This document shows positions 17,732-20,000 of a stretch of 20,000 bases of DNA, one piece after another. Positions within the stretch are counted from its first letter, which is position 1; every line of letters begins with the position of its first letter. The notes below the pieces were generated by a model. The model ran no database searches and was not told the DNA's origin. It saw nothing but the letters and a program-made list of their open reading frames with translations. The DNA lies in the sequence record SRR20825010_130; one strand, 5' to 3'. The position numbers and the translations under genes are program-made.

Positions 17732-19171
17732 TCAGTCTACACTAAAAGAAATCTGGAAAACAGTGCCCTCACCAACTACACTGCTAGCAGAAATTTGGCC
17801 TGTATGACTCTTTATTATGTTCTGAACCGATGTTAACCCTAGCCCCATTCCTCCAGTTTTTGCAGTAAAAAAAGGCTCAAAAAGACTATCAATATTTTCA
17901 TCTGAAATGCCAATACCATTATCCGCCACTTCCAAGAAGATGGTACCATCTTCCAGATAAGTTTTTATCGATAAAACTCCCTTATCTGGCTTCATCGCTT
18001 CAATGGCATTCACAAAAAGGTTAACCAAAGCCGTTTTCATTTGATCAGAATCTAATGGTATCAAAGGAATAGACAGGTCGTAATCCTCTTCCAGCTTCAT
18101 GCCTTGAAGCTTTAATCTATCCTTTACAAGGTCCAATGTGTCTTCTACCACTTCATTCAGTAAGGATTTCGTCAACTTTAACGACTTTGGCTTAGATGAC
18201 TCAAGCAATTCAGTAATCAGGTTACCAATACGTTTAGAGTTGCGCTCAATAATATCAATGTATAAATCGGCCTCTTCCACTTCTACTGGAATCTCATCTT
18301 TCAGTTGCTCCAAAGCCAGAGACAAGTTTGTGAGTGGATTTCTTACTTCGTGCGCAATGCTCCGAGCAATTTTTCCGGTCATCGATAGCTTTTCGGCCCA
18401 AATCAACTCCCGTTCAGACATTTTCTTCCGAGTAATATCCTTAATAATACCTTGGTATAACCTTAGCCCTTCCTCAGACTGACTCAGCTCAACTATGTTG
18501 ATTAAGCAGATTCCTGTTTTTCCATTACTAAGCAAGAGTTCTGCTTCAAACTCCTCTACTCTGTCATTTTTATAGAACTCCTTATTAAAGCGCAAAAAAT
18601 CCTCCTCATTCAAAAACAAGCTCTTGAAAGTTAAACTCCTCATCACCGCGCGCACATAACCAAAGGTCTTAAGCATGGCATCATTGGTTTCCAATAAGAG
18701 TAGTTCATTATTGGTAATGAAAATAGCATCTATTGATTCCTGAAAAAGCTGTTCATAGCGGACTTCTGAAGCCTTGGCTTTCCTTATGGCTCGTTCATGC
18801 TCACTTATATCTAGAAAACTCACCGTGAACCCATCGGCCAAAGCGGAGGCGTGAATCTCAAACCAATTATCGAAGTGCTCTCCTGCGTAGTGTTTTTTGA
18901 AACTTACTGGCTCTCTGGTTTCTACCACTTTGCAATAAGCATCAAATAGGCCCGCTTCCATATTGCCTGGTAATTTATTCAATAGTGTGTCCCCTACCAT
19001 TTCACCGGAAGGAATACCAGTAATTTTCTCCGCCTTTGGGTTAATAAAAAGACACTCAAAATCTATAATTTTATCTCTCTGATCACGAATAGACTGAAAG
19101 GAAATTATTCCATAGGGGGCATTTTCAAAAATGGATATTATCAGGTCTTCAAACTCAGGCTTCATACTCAT
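17732..19171 (-). CDS. Cytoplasmic PAS-PAS sensor histidine kinase (HisKA + HATPase, NtrB-like)
   Basis: No TM segment. Two PAS-like regions (FENAPYGI..., FQESIDAIF...GIIKDITRKK), IAHEVRNPL, NLFVNAIEAM, DNGIGI, FEPFFTAK and GMGLGL. Confidence 0.93.
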   Translation of the reverse strand: MSMKPEFEDLIISIFENAPYGIISFQSIRDQRDKIIDFECLFINPKAEKITGIPSGEMVGDTLLNKLPGNMEAGLFDAYCKVVETREPVSFKKHYAGEHFDNWFEIHASALADGFTVSFLDISEHERAIRKAKASEVRYEQLFQESIDAIFITNNELLLLETNDAMLKTFGYVRAVMRSLTFKSLFLNEEDFLRFNKEFYKNDRVEEFEAELLLSNGKTGICLINIVELSQSEEGLRLYQGIIKDITRKKMSERELIWAEKLSMTGKIARSIAHEVRNPLTNLSLALEQLKDEIPVEVEEADLYIDIIERNSKRIGNLITELLESSKPKSLKLTKSLLNEVVEDTLDLVKDRLKLQGMKLEEDYDLSIPLIPLDSDQMKTALVNLFVNAIEAMKPDKGVLSIKTYLEDGTIFLEVADNGIGISDENIDSLFEPFFTAKTGGMGLGLTSVQNIIKSHTGQISASSVVGEGTVFQISFSVD

Positions 19172-19264
19172 ATTTTCAATTAATTTTAGGGTCGATTTTA
19201 CTCACAAGGGGTTTCAATTCCCCAAGAAAAGTGTGGTAAAGCGCTCCAATCCCCTTTTTGGTAA

Positions 19265-19281
19265 ATGGCACAACCTTTTCT
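19265..19281 (+). promoter_or_regulatory. Candidate sigma54 -24/-12 promoter of the porin-family gene
   Basis: ATGGCACAACCTTTTCT has a perfect TGGCAC at -24 and TTTC at -12; GG lies 57 nt upstream of the ATG. Confidence 0.6.
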
Positions 19282-19323
19282 AATTCACTGTGCAAAAGCA
19301 CATAACAATTAAACTAGAAAGTC

Positions 19324-19944
19324 ATGAAAAAGATTATTATAACAAGTATTTTTTCACTGCTAAGCTTAGTGGCATTTACAAACCATAGCAAGGCGCAGGA
19401 ATTTAGGTCAGGTATAAAAGGTAGTTTTAACCTTAGCAACTTCTATTCTAACGACATAGACGACAATAATTTAAGACCAGGTTTCAGTCTAGGTTTCTTC
19501 AAAGAAAACCAGATTGGCCCCTCTGCTGCTATCCAAACCGAATTCTTATTTTCTACAAAAGGAAATAGATCAGAGTACCGTACTGGTCCATTTGACGGAG
19601 AAGCAAAATTCAATTTGAATTATCTTGAATTGCCAATCATGTTAGATTTAAAGGCTGGTTCTGCTCTTGATATTACCTTTGGTCCTTACGTGTCTTATTT
19701 AGTTAGCGCAAATGTGACGACTGAAGGAGACTTTGGAAGTTCATACAGTGAAATTGACAGGGATGAATTAAAATCTTTTGATTTTGGTTTCTCGGGAGGA
19801 CTAGGACTTAATTTTGGAACCACTGAACTAGGCGCACGATATAATTTGGGACTTACAGAAATAGCTAATTCCAACAATGCTAGGTCCATTATGGGAGATG
19901 CCAAAAATTCGGTCATCCAATTTTATATTGCTTTGGGAATGTAA
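19324..19944 (+). CDS. Porin-family / PorT-like outer-membrane beta-barrel protein
   Basis: Signal peptide ending SKA/Q, and GIKGSFNLS, QTEFLFSTKG, LNYLELP, GPYVSYL and ARYNLGL strands typical of Bacteroidota OMP beta-barrels. Confidence 0.88.
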   Translation: MKKIIITSIFSLLSLVAFTNHSKAQEFRSGIKGSFNLSNFYSNDIDDNNLRPGFSLGFFKENQIGPSAAIQTEFLFSTKGNRSEYRTGPFDGEAKFNLNYLELPIMLDLKAGSALDITFGPYVSYLVSANVTTEGDFGSSYSEIDRDELKSFDFGFSGGLGLNFGTTELGARYNLGLTEIANSNNARSIMGDAKNSVIQFYIALGM

Positions 19945-19971
19945 GAAGGCAATTGTTAAAAATAAAATAGT

Positions 19972-20000
19972 AAAAAATGCCCAGCAATATTGCTGGGCAT
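19972..20000. terminator. Probable bidirectional terminator (cut by window end)
   Basis: Perfect 24-nt palindrome ATGCCCAGCAATATTGCTGGGCAT (19977-20000) preceded by an A-tract. Confidence 0.75.

Noticed and set aside
589-19916. Short antisense ORFs in the track (e.g. 589..777, 4454..4783, 7833..8153, 15440..15673, 16907..17209, 18138..18482, 19695..19916)
   Set aside because: They are shadows of well-supported genes on the opposite strand and carry no recognisable motifs.
1-20000. CRISPR array, IS/integrase, tRNA/rRNA or recent horizontal island
   Set aside because: No spaced direct repeats, transposase or integrase motifs, cloverleaf structures or obvious compositional shift were visible by eye.

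Overview
This is an AT-rich Bacteroidota chromosome window. Cytophagales-like gene content and TAnnTTTG promoters support that call; the genus is not determined. 1-14.3 kb is housekeeping: tatC (5'-truncated), rpiB, a membrane protein, rbfA, a LolC/E-type permease, an SNF2 ATPase, radA, D-cysteine desulfhydrase, NDH-2, a LytS/LytTR pair and a large MscS. 14.4-20 kb is a compact stress-protection cluster: a DUF1328 mini-protein missed by the ORF track, a beta-barrel, an acidic helical lipoprotein, MscS, CsbD, Dps, a cytoplasmic PAS-PAS kinase and a porin-family protein. Four transcription units in this cluster share a sigma54-like -24/-12 element and a similar upstream motif at near-constant distance, suggesting an RpoN/enhancer-driven general stress regulon. 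Two intergenic regions (about 6685-6836 + and 9199-9300 -) look like stand-alone small RNAs. No CRISPR array, tRNA, rRNA or mobile element was seen.
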